Source: Dimorphilus gyrociliatus (taxonomy: Eukaryota; Animalia; Annelida). Taken from it: a stretch of 64,000 nt of DNA. Positions 11,822-25,681 of this stretch are shown in pieces (the stretch's first letter is position 1; every line of letters starts with the position of its first letter). A program made the translations under genes and the position numbers. The notes under the pieces are model-generated. The model did not search any database. It was not told the origin of the DNA and saw only the letters and a program-made list of their open reading frames with translations. The DNA lies in assembly GCA_904063045.1 (NCBI GenBank), contig CAJFCJ010000006.1, positions 4,604,408-4,668,407 on the forward strand, given 5' to 3'.

Positions 11822-14800
11822 ATGAGTGCAAAAAGCGATGGTGTTAGCAGTAGTGTCACAGAAGTAGAGTCAACGGCCACAAACGGGTTTCTAGACGTTC
11901 CAATGACCAATGGAATTTCAACACCTGAATCGGCACCCTCATCCGTCTCAACTACCGGTCCAGATTCCGGAAGTCCGACAACGACCAGGGACGAAGATCA
12001 GCAACAACAACATGTAGTTCATGTGCATATCAACCCGGGGGAAACGTTCACCGTTCAAGTCGGGGACCAATTTCAACATATACCAGGTTATTTTTAGCGT
12101 TTATTTATTTATTTGGGCGTGGGTGGCTAGACGGCGTTTCCGGTGCAGCGTTACCACGGTTACGTTTTGTCCCGAGCATGACGTCAGGCTTTTTGTTTCG
12201 TTTCGAGACTGATTACTAGAACACCAGCCGGCTAGTCGCACTACAGCTGTTGATACTAAAATCGTGAATTTATCACGCGCGTATCCTTCCCTCTTGTTTA
12301 TTATTAATATGTCCTCCATCTATTTCTTTCCCAGAGTCTGTGTCTCTTCTCTCATTTTACTGTTTCCTTATTTCTCTTCCTCTCCCACCTTTCCTCGTAC
12401 TCATTATACATTTCCCCTCTCGTTCTTTCCCTATCTGTCTCTTTCCACATAATTCTATCAATACCTAATCTAAATATATTACTGCCTATGCGTAGTATTT
12501 CCAAGCGTTTCTCCAGCCACCCACCCACTGAAGGACTGAAGGTGGCGTTAGCAGTCCTTTCCGGAAAAGAGAATGCAGTTGTGTTTATAGTGAACTAAGT
12601 GAGGTCTATAAGCTGCTTTTTAGGGTATTGAATAGTAACAGTAAAGTAATAATTCGTATCTTAGTTATCGTAATTGTTTTTGCTGAATTTCCTGACGTAG
12701 CCTTTTTCCACGGCGACGATTATTGACTGACTACTCTATATACGTATTTGCTAGACACGTGGGCGGGGACTTGTGTTGTTATTTTATAGGCCTATACCCT
12801 TCCAAGTCAACGTAATAGAACCAACTAGAAAATATTTATAATTTTCTTTATCTTAACATCATACCAACAATAGCAATATTTACTCGTTTCCTTTCAACTT
12901 TGTACTTTTCCTTCTATTCGTCTAATCGACTACAGAGCGCGCGATTGTTGCTACTATTACTAGAGAAAAATCGTGCGCAGTTACTAACTACAGGCGGACG
13001 TCACGATTTGTATGTTTCTGTTTCTAGTAGAGAAATACCTTGTTTCGTGTGACTGTTTGTATTTAAGTCAGTGTTGTTGAGGGGACAACAAGATAGTGAA
13101 GGTGAAATTAATAGACCTGGTATAAGTGAAAAAGCCAAGCGAAGGGGGCGGTGGTCAGCTCTGTATAGCGTATAGGCCTAGGCAATTGTAATAGGCCGTA
13201 GCTGATTGGCAGACGGGGTTTTGACGTCATCGACGAACGTGTCGCCCCGACGGCATCGATCAACTGTGCGAGTCTGAGACGGCGGCAGTGGAATACAGTA
13301 GCTCTACCTCCTTTGCTCGTATGTGTAGAAATGTGACGGATTCTGAAATGGGCGAAGAAGATTCGACAAAGAGTGGTTCGTCAGTGTTGGAATTGTCATC
13401 ATCATCGTGTGTGACGAATTCCTCTCGCGAAACCAGCCCTCCTCCCCTCACGAATTCAGAGGAGGATAACAATAATAACAATGATGACTCAGTGGATACC
13501 AAATCAAAATGGAATGTTAACAAATTACCACCAGAATTCTATCCTCGAAGTGTCCTTCAGGCACCTCAACATCAACTGCCACCATTCGTTCCTGGCGCTC
13601 AATTAATGCCCGTTCCCCAGCACATACCCCTGGTCGGTCCATACCCCTTTGATTTTGATCAGGATTCAGAGGAAGCCAGTGTTGACAGCGGACGGAATAG
13701 TCTCGAAACCTTTGAACCCGTTTGGAACAACGGTAAAAAAAATAAAAACAAAAGCATTATAAAAGAATACGAAAAGAATATCAGGCTGATCATACGCGTT
13801 GTTTACTATTTTTTTGCGAAATCCTGATTTGTCGGTGTAAATATTCTTCACTTGACCCGACCTTGAACTTAATGGCGCTACCAAACTATGTAGGCCGAGA
13901 AGGTTCACACGCCCCGCCGCTTACGCAATTGTTGGTTCTAATTAGGCGTAAAATATTTCAGCAAAAGGATTGGTTACATTATTTGCTACTGTGTATCGCA
14001 ATATATATGCATATATATATAGTGCATATAATATATAGATATATATGTGTGTGTAGGTAAAAACTTCAGAGGTTATTGTACATTTTATAGTATATCCACT
14101 GTAATATGTAGGATCCTCTTTAAGACCTTAGTCTATATTTAAATATAAATATACTTACTATATATTATATATTATATATATATATATATAGGTTTTTACA
14201 TATATACGTGTCGCGCACGGAAAGGCTGGGTTATTTATTGTCGGTATTTATTTGATTTATGGGAAAGAATAGTTACGCAGACCTTCTATATAATTCAAGC
14301 GGCTAGAGAGCCTTACGATTCTTTTGTGTATTCAACGTTCTGTAAGCTGAAATTTTTTCTATTATTATTTGAATAGTTAACGATAGATTGGTTCGAAAAA
14401 GTTAGTGATAAAGAAAAAAGAGAGAAACAAGACTAGCTTTCTGTCGAATTGCACCGAAACCGACGGCCGTCTGTTGCTATAGCAACTGTTTTATTTCCAG
14501 GCCCGTTGGAGGCTGGCCAAATTTTCGGATTACAGTCGTAGTACGCTCGTAGGTCGGTGCCGGTGCGTACCAGTCGCGGTGATTACTAATTTTGTCAAAC
14601 TCGATACAAACACGTTTAACTAAAGGCGATACGAAGAGGAACGTGCGGCTGGCGAAAGCCACACCCAAACCAGAAATTTTCGTAGTCTATTCGTTACTTT
14701 CTGTGTGTGGTCTGCTTGAGTTGAGTGCATTAAGAGAGCGAAAGGATAGTTAAGAATCTCATCAGAAAGTCTTTACTCTAATTAAATAAAACAGGACCAG

Positions 14801-17800
14801 CAACAGTACGTATGGTTTCGAATAATGGACCTCCCATGCCGATGCCGATGCACGTTCCACCTGGGCATATGGTTCAGCAAATAGTTGATGAAAATGGAAT
14901 TTTGACGCACGTTATCCTATCTGCACAACCTCCTCCGCCCAATTCTGGAACCCCCGCTCCTCAACAGACGACGGTAGGCTACTACGTATGTATTTCGCTT
15001 CCTAATACCTCAATCGCTGAAACAAAGAATAGATAATATATGTATATATTTTATTTTACATTTTTTTCCATTCTTTTAAAATTTAATAAGTGCTAAAGGT
15101 AAAATTTCTTTATATTTCCACACTGAGCTGAAATTCTCTCAACATTTATCTCTTCTCTTCTCTTCTCTCTCCTTTTTTTTTATTATTTTTTATAAAGCTA
15201 TCTTTCCTCTTTTTATAATAATTTTAATTTCTTTTTATAATTTAATAATAATAATAATCATATTAATAATAATATCAATAGTAATAATAATTGTAATATA
15301 AATACGGTTGTTTTTTTTCCCGCCATATTTTTATATTTTTTTTTTTATTATTATTTTATTATTGGCCACTTAATTCATTTTGAAATTTTTATCGATTCAT
15401 CTAACAAATGTATTTCTTTTTTCATTTACAGAACGGTGGTGCAAGCGGAACAGTTTTACCTCATCTAGCTTTCACACCGACCGGGTTCGGTCAAGCTTCC
15501 GGCACAGCAGTACCTCAGCTGCATTATTTACATCCCTGCATACCTCAACAGAACCACAACAGTAAGTATACGCTGAAAAATAACATATTGACTACAACGT
15601 ATGAATTGTGCTAGGACAATTCTTTATTTTCCCTTTCTCTCTCCCAACAAACCGTTTAATCTATATGGCCAAATTTCAAAAGCTTTTTTTATTTGCCTCT
15701 ACTCTGTCGACTTTCAGTGTTCAGACGCGATAAGATATCCAATAGGTTATATTACGCTTTTCTCGTATAAATTCTGCTACCCGCTCCGTTAAAATTTTTT
15801 CGAAATATTGACACGTTATATTTCCTCATACCAGTAGATGGCGCACGGTTGTGTTTATTGACACGTCAGTTGCGTAAAGATATTTTTTTCTTAAATAAAA
15901 AACGGTTATCTTTCCTTTGATCGCAACAAATATCGTCGGATTACGATAAATAATTACCTTTGCTGTTTAATCCCGATCGACAAAAAATCTTTTTGAGGTG
16001 ATTTCATCTATTAATATAGATATTTTTTTGTCTGAGCGAAAATACCATAGTCGTTCAAGTTCAATGGACGCCTTTCTCTCACTACAGGCGTTTTCATATT
16101 TCTTTTTTATAATTATCTTTTTCTGGCGTCTTTTTTATGTAAGAGAATAGCGTTTGTAACATGTTTCACCTCGTATCTTTACTTATGATATTCGATTTCA
16201 ATAGATAACCATATGGACGAAAGAGGGGCGAAGATTCAGCAGAGGCTCAGAACTCGTCTCATCAATCGCAATTCGAATGATCAAAACCGCCAACAAAATC
16301 GCATTTCGAGTAATGCTAATCGGAGTACACGTAGCCACTTGAACGGTGACAGTCGCTCAGGTAAAACATCGAATGTCGCGACAGAAGTGACTAGTTCTAG
16401 TGACGAAGAGTTCGAAATAGGGGAACCTTTAATTGAGCCAGCCGTATCGAACATCACTGAGCACTGCGCTACAGTTACATTACAACTACCGTCTCCTAGG
16501 AACCCTGCTGATAATCCTGTCGAATACGAACTGCAGTTGCTCGAACCTGGACAAGACGGTAATAAATTCAAAGCCGTTTATAAAGGTGATGCGACGGAAA
16601 TAACATTACAAGATTTAAGACCTGGTTCTAAATACGTTGTTCGAATATGTGCAACAAAACCTGAACCATCCTCGGGAGTAAGACCTGCACCGTCAGACCA
16701 GGTCTCTTTTCATACTCTGCCGGATCATCCGGAAGCACCAGTTGCCTTAAAGATTCATACTCGTTTTAAAAGTGCGTTAGTTTTGAAATGGAGTACGCCC
16801 TCATTTGACAATGGAAGTAAAATTACAAATTATGTACTCCAACAACAACAACAGATAGGTTGTGACTGGATAGAAATCTACCGTGGTCAGCAGAAACAAT
16901 ATAAGGTGACTAAATTATCGCCAAATACGGAATATATATTCCGGGTGGCGGCCGTCAATTCGATGGGAATGGGACCATTTTCGGATACATTAAGTTGCGT
17001 CATGTCTGGCGCGGCACCGTCCGTACCTTCTCCTCCTCAATGTGTAGAATCGCGGGTAAATTGGATTAAATTACGTTGGGATGGTAGAGGGACAGGCGAA
17101 TTATATACTGTACAAATGGAAGATTCCGCTTCTGGTCACGGATTTTTGCCTGTCTATCACGGAGCCGATTCTCACTGCACCGTTCCAAATCTTAGAAGAA
17201 ATACATCATATAAATTTCGTTTAGCAGCCAGCAACGAAGACGGACAGAGCCGTTGGAGCGACGCCATTACAGCTTCAACAAGAGCTTCTACTCCCGGATC
17301 CCCCAAAGCACCTACAATGCGTTCACGGCCACAACCTCATCACGCTCGAATAGGTTGGGATGAGCCTTCTGATACAGGAGGAAGTGACATTACAGGCTAT
17401 AAAGTAGAATTGCACGATAGTCACATAAGTCAAATAACTTGCGTTTATGAAGGAACGTCCAGAGAATATGATATAGAAAATCTCCGACCAGGAGGAGCCT
17501 ACAGGGTTCGAATACTGGCCAAAAATGAAGCAGGTTGGAGCGAAGCAGGTGATTGGCTCCCTTTTCACACAACTTGTGTAGCTCCTAGTCGTTTGGTTGC
17601 GCCTTGGGTTTCTGGTAAGGCAAAAGCAACTAGCTTTCAAATAAAGTGGTCTCCGCCTGAGGATTTCGGTGGTTCATCGATCGTCCAATATGCTCTTCAA
17701 ATGTCGTCTATTGACGGTAGTACAAGGCAAGTGTATGAGGGAGTCGACTTAGAATGTACGGTAGCCGGTCTACAGCCAGGGAAAGGGTATGCCTTACACG

Positions 17801-18828
17801 TGAGGGCAACTAATGCAGCTGGTTTAACAAGTAATTGGTCTCCTGCATTGCAAGCGGTAAGTGGCCCTGGAGTGCCGGACGCTCCGTTCGATCTGCAGGC
17901 TGTTATCAAGTCTCCGTCGCACACGCATCTCACATGGCAAGAGCCGGCTAATAATGGTGCTTTCATAAACGAATATAAGTTGGAATGGAATTCGACAAAT
18001 ACAAGAAACGATTCCTCTGCTGTTTCTGCGTCTGCTGCTAATACTAGTACTACTTCAGGCATAACAGGTAGTACAACTGCATCGAGTGGTGAAGAAGAGA
18101 GTGAAAACTCAGAATGCTGTCGAACTGCAACTGTATCCGGTGGTCAACTGTTTCACGATCTGCGTTCCTTAACGCCGGCAACAAATTACGAATTCAAGGT
18201 TCAAGCGATTAATGTTGCAGGGGCTGGTATGTGGTCAAAAAGTTGCAGTTGGCGGACAACTCCATCTTCACCCGCCCCAGTGCAACATGTCAGAATAACC
18301 GCTGAGGCAACAAGTGTTCAGGTCGAATGGCGTAGACCTGCCTGCCATGGATCGCCTATAACGCATTATCAATTGGACGTTGGAGAGCGTCACTTAATTA
18401 CGGTTGCTGAAGGATCAACTACGTCTAGGACAGTTTCATATGTTATTGATAACCTTACTCCAGAAACTACTTATAGGCTTCGAGTTCAAGCAGTGAATGC
18501 TCTAGGCGAGGGAGCCTTCGCAACACCCGTTCGTTTCACAACACGCCCCCTTCCGCCCATTCCACCACGAATTGACTGCACAATGGTTACGCCAAATTCG
18601 TTACGTTTGAAGTGGGGAGAGAAGAATTCAGAACAGATAAAATACGCGCTCGAAATGCTACGAGATAGCGGCAGGTTAGTAATGCAACATTTGGTGTAAA
18701 ATTGCACGCCTATTCCTTCAATGTTGTTCGTCTAAACGTTGTTTTGTATCTCGCATGCAGTTCGACAAGAGGGCGCAGCGGTCAACAAGACCGAGAAAAA
18801 AGGTACGCGCATTGCGATTTCTTAATTG

Positions 18829-18860
<32 letters not shown>

Positions 18861-19790
18861 CATTATTTCTATTATTCTAATTTCTTTATCGATGTTTTTA
18901 TCATCATTTATTTATCTTATTCCAATGATAAGTAAATTATATAAGTCATTTTTTTTATTTAAATAGCTTCCACGTTATTTTTTATGGTACGGCCCAACAA
19001 CACAAGGTCAGTAGACTTAGTGAAATGACTGCTTATCACTTCCGAATTCGAGCATCAAATGAAGCTGGTGATGGTCCATACTCGGAAAGTTTTACGTTCC
19101 ATACAAGCAAAGCCCCTCCTCCCGCTGTAAAAGCACCACGTATTCTTCGTTTAACGAATGATACGGCAACTATCGAATGGACAGCAGTTAAACCGATGGG
19201 AAGGGATACTTTACATTATGTGGTACAGCTGGCAAACAGAGATTCGCCTTTACATGACGTGAGTAAAATATAAATATACATGTATGGTCTCTAGTACACT
19301 TTTATTTTTTTGATCTTTTTTTTGATTTTTACATTCAAAGTATTATAAACAAATACAAATGTAAATTCTATGTTTAGTAATCATTGAATTCGTTTTCATA
19401 CAGGTTCATAGAGGGCCAGATACACAATATGTTCTAACTCGATTAGCTGCCAAGGCAAACCACGAAGTTCGCGTGTGTTGCGTGAGAGTATCCGAAGACG
19501 GAAGTGAATTACAGGGAGCTTATAGTCCTCTAGTAGATTTTGTTCCTTCAACACCGGTTCGACAGTCACCAAATACCGATGATAGTCAACAGACTAAGAA
19601 TAGTAGTGGATCGTGGAGGCGACCAAGACTCTCTGAACAGCAATGGGCTTTCCTTCTGCTAGTTGCTTTTGGAGCCGTAGCAGTTTTAGTAGCTATTTGT
19701 TCTCAACAAATAATGTCCGTTTATAGTCCAACGGACCAGGCGTCCGAGTCCAAGATACCGGCGCCATCTAGGGCCCAACCGCCTCAGTAG
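11822..19790 (+). CDS. FNDC3: FNDC3 (fibronectin type III domain protein 3 / miles-to-go-like). Exons 11822-12086, 14795-14973 (or -14985), 15432-15561, 16205-18674, [18761-18802 optional], 18967-19258, 19404-19790
   Basis: N-terminal FNDC3 signature VHINPGETFTV...QHIPGPATVRMVSNNG..PM.VPPGH.VQQIVDENG, about 9 tandem FN3 repeats, and C-terminal membrane anchor EQQWAFLLLVAFGAVAVLVAI. Splice phases are consistent. Confidence 0.93.
13201..13229 (-). promoter_or_regulatory. CCAAT box (GCCAATCAGC on the - strand) plus full CRE TGACGTCA
   Basis: GCTGATTGGC at 13201-13210 and TGACGTCA at 13222-13229, about 90 nt upstream of the alternative ATG. Confidence 0.5.
13321..13732 (+). CDS. Candidate alternative first coding exon of FNDC3, inside intron 1
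   Basis: Open frame from ATG 13321 to donor AACG|GTAAAA (phase 1). This matches the phase-1 acceptor of exon 2 at 14795 and reads NG-PATVRM. CCAAT and CRE elements lie just upstream. Confidence 0.6.
15831..15844 (+). promoter_or_regulatory. CTCF-consensus site
   Basis: CCAGTAGATGGCGC matches the core consensus CCASYAGRKGGCRS at all 14 positions. Confidence 0.5.
18831..18860. repeat. (TAT)n microsatellite in a FNDC3 intron
   Basis: Read directly. Confidence 0.9.
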
Positions 19791-19829
19791 AAAATTTTCT
19801 CTTGCCTAGTCACGCCATTATCTATACTG

Positions 19830-19832
<3 letters not shown>

Positions 19833-19865
<33 letters not shown>

Positions 19866-19922
19866 GTATATATGTATATGTATATATGTATATGTATATA
19901 TGTATATGTATATATGTATATA
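19833..19922. repeat. (TA)n followed by a 14-bp compound unit (TATATG-TATATATG) x4 in the FNDC3 3' UTR region
   Basis: Read directly; four perfect 14-mer units at 19861-19916. Confidence 0.85.
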
Positions 19923-20350
19923 AGTGAGAAAAGAGATATGTTGACACGCGCATATATAACTGAAATCAGATTTCTGTGTACGTGTCAATTCTTTTCTCCC
20001 CTTCCGATGTTCTTAAAGTATTTGTTGTTCGTCTTGGCTCGAATTTTTCTCCTCCCCCCTACTTGCCATTATTCTGCTGATGTTTTTTGTTTTTTTTTTG
20101 TTTTTTTTGCGTATGTCATCGCGAACTTATATCAAATACACAAAAAAATAATTAATCATCGCGTAAATGTCTATACTTAATCATATATGACGCATGATGT
20201 ATACTATGTGTTCGATCGTTATTGTCAGTGACTTTTAAATATTTTTCTCTTCGTTATTTATTAATGGTTTTCAATTGTTTTCTCCTTTACAAAACGTTAT
20301 TTTAACGCATTAAAGAGTTGCGTATGTATAGGATATATATATATATGTAT

Positions 20351-20389
<39 letters not shown>

Positions 20390-23119
20390 GATACATGTAT
20401 ACATATCTATATGTATATTTATATTGATATATGTATGCATATATATGTATGTATATTCTGTATGAGTTGGTTAAAATACAATGTGATCAAATCGGTCTAC
20501 TTGATTAATTTGAAAGGAAAAAGATTTTATTTTTTATCTACTCTATTGTGTGCCTCTGCAAGCGCTTTAATATAAAATGGTACAATAAAAAGGTTGGAAT
20601 GAAACGGCTAAATTTCGCAACGAGTTGGTTTATGCGATAAAAGCTCAGTAATTTACCGCCAAATAGCAATGGATTATAATGAACTGACTGATTTAGTAAC
20701 GTCGATACCAATTTGACCGTTAAGGAACCGAACGTACTTCTATTCCACTCGATATCGAGCCGGAAGCGGTCGCTGATTAGAATATAGACATTCGATTTCA
20801 ATGTCGATGTCTTTCAAGATTAGTATCGTCTTATATTTATAGGGACTATTAAATATAAGCATAGCTTAGACCTCTGTATGCATAATAAAGAACCTATCCG
20901 GCTATATTATCCAAACCATATAAATAAATATATGCTGTATATATATATATATATATACTAATAATATATAATATATATTAATATATATATATATATATAT
21001 ATACAGTATATTTTGTATATATATATATATAGTTGTGCTCATTAAAAAGAATACAGTATGGTTAATATATCATGTTATTTATATAATCTCAACAAACCTG
21101 ATAAATTTAAGTATTTTGTTAAGCTATTGACTTTGTAAATTCTTCTTAAAAAGTTTAAGTGATCGTATTTCTCTCTTTTCGTTTTATTTACATTAACATA
21201 ATTAGAAATATTGAGTATATTTTTCAAGATTGTATTGGAAAAAGAAAATAAAACTTTATTAGGCCTAGCGGAATCAGCCTAGAAAAAAAACAGAAATGAG
21301 AAATTACAATTGGAAGTAAAAGGAAATGAAAGAAATTCTTTGGAAGAGAGAGAGAGAGAAAGAGTGAGAAAGAAAAAAAAACGTTTAAGAAATTCTTTTG
21401 GTGATTTGTGAAAATTTGATTGAAAGATGCTAAGTTCTTTTATTAATACGCATAAGAGAAAGGTAAGTTTGCTTAGCCATTTGATTTCGAGTCACGACGT
21501 CAGCTGGTATTGTTTACTTTGTTGACAAACATAGTTTCTAAATGTTTACCCAATAAGGAGCCAGCCAACTAAATGGTAAAAGCTTGTAAAAGGCGCAGAT
21601 CTGTAATAATAGAGTATAATACTAGAAAGTACACAACCCGAGTTTGTCAAGTCACGTAAAAATAGAGCTAGAGCATGCAAATAGAATTTCTAGTGACGCC
21701 CGAAAAGCCCCGAGGATCTAGTACGCGTTTTTTTTCGAACAAGATGAAGTGATTCGGAAATTGCCTTGATGCGTCAGCCTACATATTCGGTATTTAAATG
21801 CCTTTACCATTTTCTTACTTGTATATTATAAATACATATCTTAGCACGTTTCTAGAATAGTGCCCTAGGGCGGATGAGCAAGTGGTCGATCAAGGCGGTA
21901 TTGTATAGTTATTGTCGTTTCTACTATGGGATTTTATTAGATCGACCTTGTTATATGACGGATCGATTTTTTCCCTCTCTCGCCTCCACTCCTATCCTTC
22001 CTTCTCTCTCTCCAAAACGACCAAATTCTATTCATTTGGTCATGAAAAGCCAATTTTAGTTCTTTTTCTTCCAATGAAAACACAAGCGTGTGTAGTTTTC
22101 CATGGTCCTAGTCAGTCTTATCTCGCTACTACCGGATCTTTCAGCAATTATCTTTTGATGCTTTATCTGGCAACTGGCTGAAGTATAAGGCTTTCTTTCT
22201 GCCTTATAATTATTGCGGGAAGGCTATCGATCGACCGACCGTCACTTCCAACTGCGCCCGCAGTGAATCGATGAGGGTTTTTAGTTCTCCCTCCTCACCC
22301 CTTATCTAATCTATAGCCGTTCTTCATTTCATGCAGGCCCGAACAATACAAATCCGATATCTCATTCCTGCTCGGTTTATTTATTTTTCCAGTAGAAACT
22401 TGGTTGGTTCACAACCTCGAACAGATGTTTGCCACAAACAATCTTACACTGATTGCAGTTCTATAGCCGGAGGAAGAAGAACGTTAATTATCACGTAGGT
22501 AGAAATGGACCGTACGCAAGTGGAATACGACGGTGCGTAACGATTGCATAAATCACGGCCCATAAGCGACAGTAAACTAATAGAAAATTGATTAACTCGT
22601 AATTGATGACGATAATCGCCCGAGTTAGAACTCCGCGGCGCAATCGTATAGACTAGTAGATAAAAAAAAAGAAACTCAGTAATTTAGACGCCTTTAACGA
22701 CACCGACAGATAGAAAGCGATCGACCGCGACATTGATCCGACGTCTGGCGACCTCGGAGGATTTTTTTTGATGCGTCGAACGTAAACAAAAGGGGTTGGA
22801 CAAGGGCGACGGGATGATTAGTCTCTTCCTACAGAGTTTTCTTTTCCCATTTTTTCTTTATTCTTTTTTTCAGTTTCCTCAACTCTTTTCCTACGTGTTC
22901 TGTCTAGACGGAATAACTTTTTTCTTCTTTGCTATTTAATGAGTGAGATTGCCTGCGTTCTGGCCATACCCCAACGAATAAACAATCAAACACCTGTCAG
23001 TCTCGATTTTGCCAAGAGGGTAGAACCCTCCCTGTTTGCAATTGGCTTAGACCGTTAAGCGTTAACTCGAAGAAAAGGTCGGATATATTTTTTCTTTTCT
23101 TTTATCGATCGAAAAAAAC

Positions 23120-23147
23120 TGACGTCACTGATCGGCAGCCAATCAGC
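23120..23147 (+). promoter_or_regulatory. CRE plus CCAAT module
   Basis: TGACGTCA (23120-23127), 10-nt spacer, GCCAATCAGC (23138-23147). Confidence 0.45.
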
Positions 23148-25681
23148 GAAGCGTAGAAATTACGTCGCCGCTATCGGCGCTTTCATTTCTTCGCTAAAGT
23201 TAGAAGCGTAAAGTGTTATTGGATTTTACTCTGTCGAATAGTTTTTCATTACAACATTGTTTTTGTACAGCCGAATACGTTTTATATGCCTATATATACA
23301 TATACAAATTTATACATTTAATGTGTATACATTGCGTATATCCTGTATATATATACATATATTAAAACGTGTACATAACCAAGTCAGCATTCGGTAGGTA
23401 TAAAATGCCGCATCTGTTTGTAATTTGATATCTTATACCACTTAACTTTGGTCTGTGTACTGCGTGTACAAAAAAACTTGGTTTAGACCTGCCTTATTCT
23501 TTAAGCGTAATCAACGTAGCATGAATTATTCGTTCGGACGGTGGAACGAAAAAAATCAAACGAGTAACCGCATTGTTACGGTTCGAGCCGTCGCTACAAT
23601 TACGCCTCTCCATCACGCAACTGCAATATTTGCATTTTGCAGACTATTTCGTAATATATTATAGTAGGAAAAAAAATTAAGTAAGAAGTAAGTGTGTTAC
23701 ATTACTTTAATTTAAAATTATCGACGGATATATACAATATATATATATATATATATATATAGGTATATACTGTGTATTATATATCTATATATCTATATAT
23801 ATATTAGTATATATATTAATTTATATATGTATATATAGACATAGATAGATAGATATATAGATGCTGCTATACGCAGCGTATTCAACTCCTACATCAAACT
23901 AAACAATATACGGCTTTGATCGAAAAAATATAAAAAAAGATAGTGAAAGCTTTTGCCCTCAGTACGAAGAGTCTCTCTTCGTCTTTAATTCAAAAGTGAC
24001 GCTAATCATAATGAGGTTAAAAAGTGGAAAAAACCGTACTAATCTACTCTGCACCTGCTTAAAGTGAGAGCAATTTTAAAAAAAAAAAATCGACAAAAAA
24101 TATTTATGGGCAGGATAGAACGTGAAAAAACGTCGATTTTTTTTTTATTAGTTCATAACAGACGAACAACAACAAGAAATAAAATGAAAAAAAAAGACAA
24201 AACAAAAAAATAAGGAAACAAAAGTATGTCAATCGAGTTTCGGTCAAAAGTCGAGGCATCGAAAGTTTATGGCCGGATTGTTTATGGTCGAATCGTGCCT
24301 GAATAAAGGCTTTGGATTTAGCGAAAAGGATTTTGCAGAGGCACGTAGCCGTTGAAGCGATGAATTTGCAGTACAAATATTGCAGTCGGGTGTTTTTTTT
24401 TTCCAGAATTGCATTGATCTATTCTATATAACTAAGGGGTCGGTGGGGAGTAAACAGCGTCTTCGTTTGATGTACAAAATGCAAAGATGTCAAACCCGTG
24501 ACAAACTAATCGATCCTATGGGACGTCTAGATATGAACGAACATTGATTTTTCAAGACTCAGTTAGGGTTTTTTTAATCACCTTAATTGCGAGTTTCTTC
24601 CTCTCGATCCCGACATTAATTAAATAGACGTAAGGCAACTTGGTCGTTTTTCTAATGGACCGGAAGTGCTAGCTACACTTTTCCAAAGCATTCACATTGT
24701 CGCTCCCCATTTTTTTCTCCTCTATTTTTGCAGTCGTGCTGAGATAATTCGATAGCCTAGAATTACTATAATTTTCTATACGAAAGGATCCGCAGATGGT
24801 TAAAAATAAGTAATATAGAAGACGTCAATAAAATATATCGACAGCCGGTTGAACTGTTGCGAATTCTTCCCCTATTCATTTACTACCAATAGATTATATC
24901 GGAATCATTTTGTTGTTCAATAGTCTTTGTCGCCTAGCATATATTTGCACGCAAATGATAAGTAGCCATTCCATTTGCTTTCTCTAGCTTATCTCTCCGC
25001 GACGTCAATGCTTACCTGACATATCTACAAAACGCTGGTAATATTTATTTTAACGATTAAATTCAATATTGTTAGATCAATCCCTTCCGCGATATCCTAA
25101 CGAGACTAGACATAATTAAAGAATGTTGACTCTGTTTCGCCCGTTTGATCTGCATACAGTAGAATAAACAAATTTATAAACGTTCGGATCGAATGCTGAT
25201 TAAACATTTGTTATCGATACGCTGGCAGGTCGAACTTGGAATTTTCTTTTTTTTTATTTGAATATTATTTGCTCAAACTCGATCGAAGTCGTTTTGAAAG
25301 GAATAAAGAGAAAGAGAAATAAAGGGAAATGATCGTAATTACATATTAATAACTAAAAGGATAATAATAATAACAATAATAATAAAGTAACCTTTCTCTT
25401 TTTTCTCTTTCCTTTCTCTCCCTTCTTCCTTTCTCTCTCTCTCTTTCTTTACTCTTCCGCCACTTCGAATTATCTTTTATTACTTTTTCCTCCTCTTTTC
25501 TTTTTACATCCTTTTTAAAACCTATATATTTACAAGAAAGAAATCAACTAGAATGATTGATGGTATAAGATATTGAAAGATACGAGCCGACCGTAAACAT
25601 TTACAGTAGGCTCGACGAGTCCTAAAAAGGTCGAACGGATTCGGTCGGTTCCACTTCTAATTGCCTCTCTTATTTTTACAG

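Noticed and set aside
14500-14545. Acceptor TTCCAG| with a GPLEAGQ... frame as another FNDC3 exon
   Set aside because: It hits a stop after 13 codons and has no phase-compatible donor.
14758-14766. CTGATGAG on the minus strand (hammerhead core)
   Set aside because: No stem II / GAAA / stem III arrangement follows.
19853-19922. Tandem UGUAUAUA Pumilio elements in the FNDC3 3' UTR
   Set aside because: They arise automatically from TA/TG microsatellites, which occur throughout this window, including introns.
22410-22431. TCACAACCTC match to the miR-67/307 5' end
   Set aside because: No complementary 5' arm able to form a pre-miRNA hairpin.
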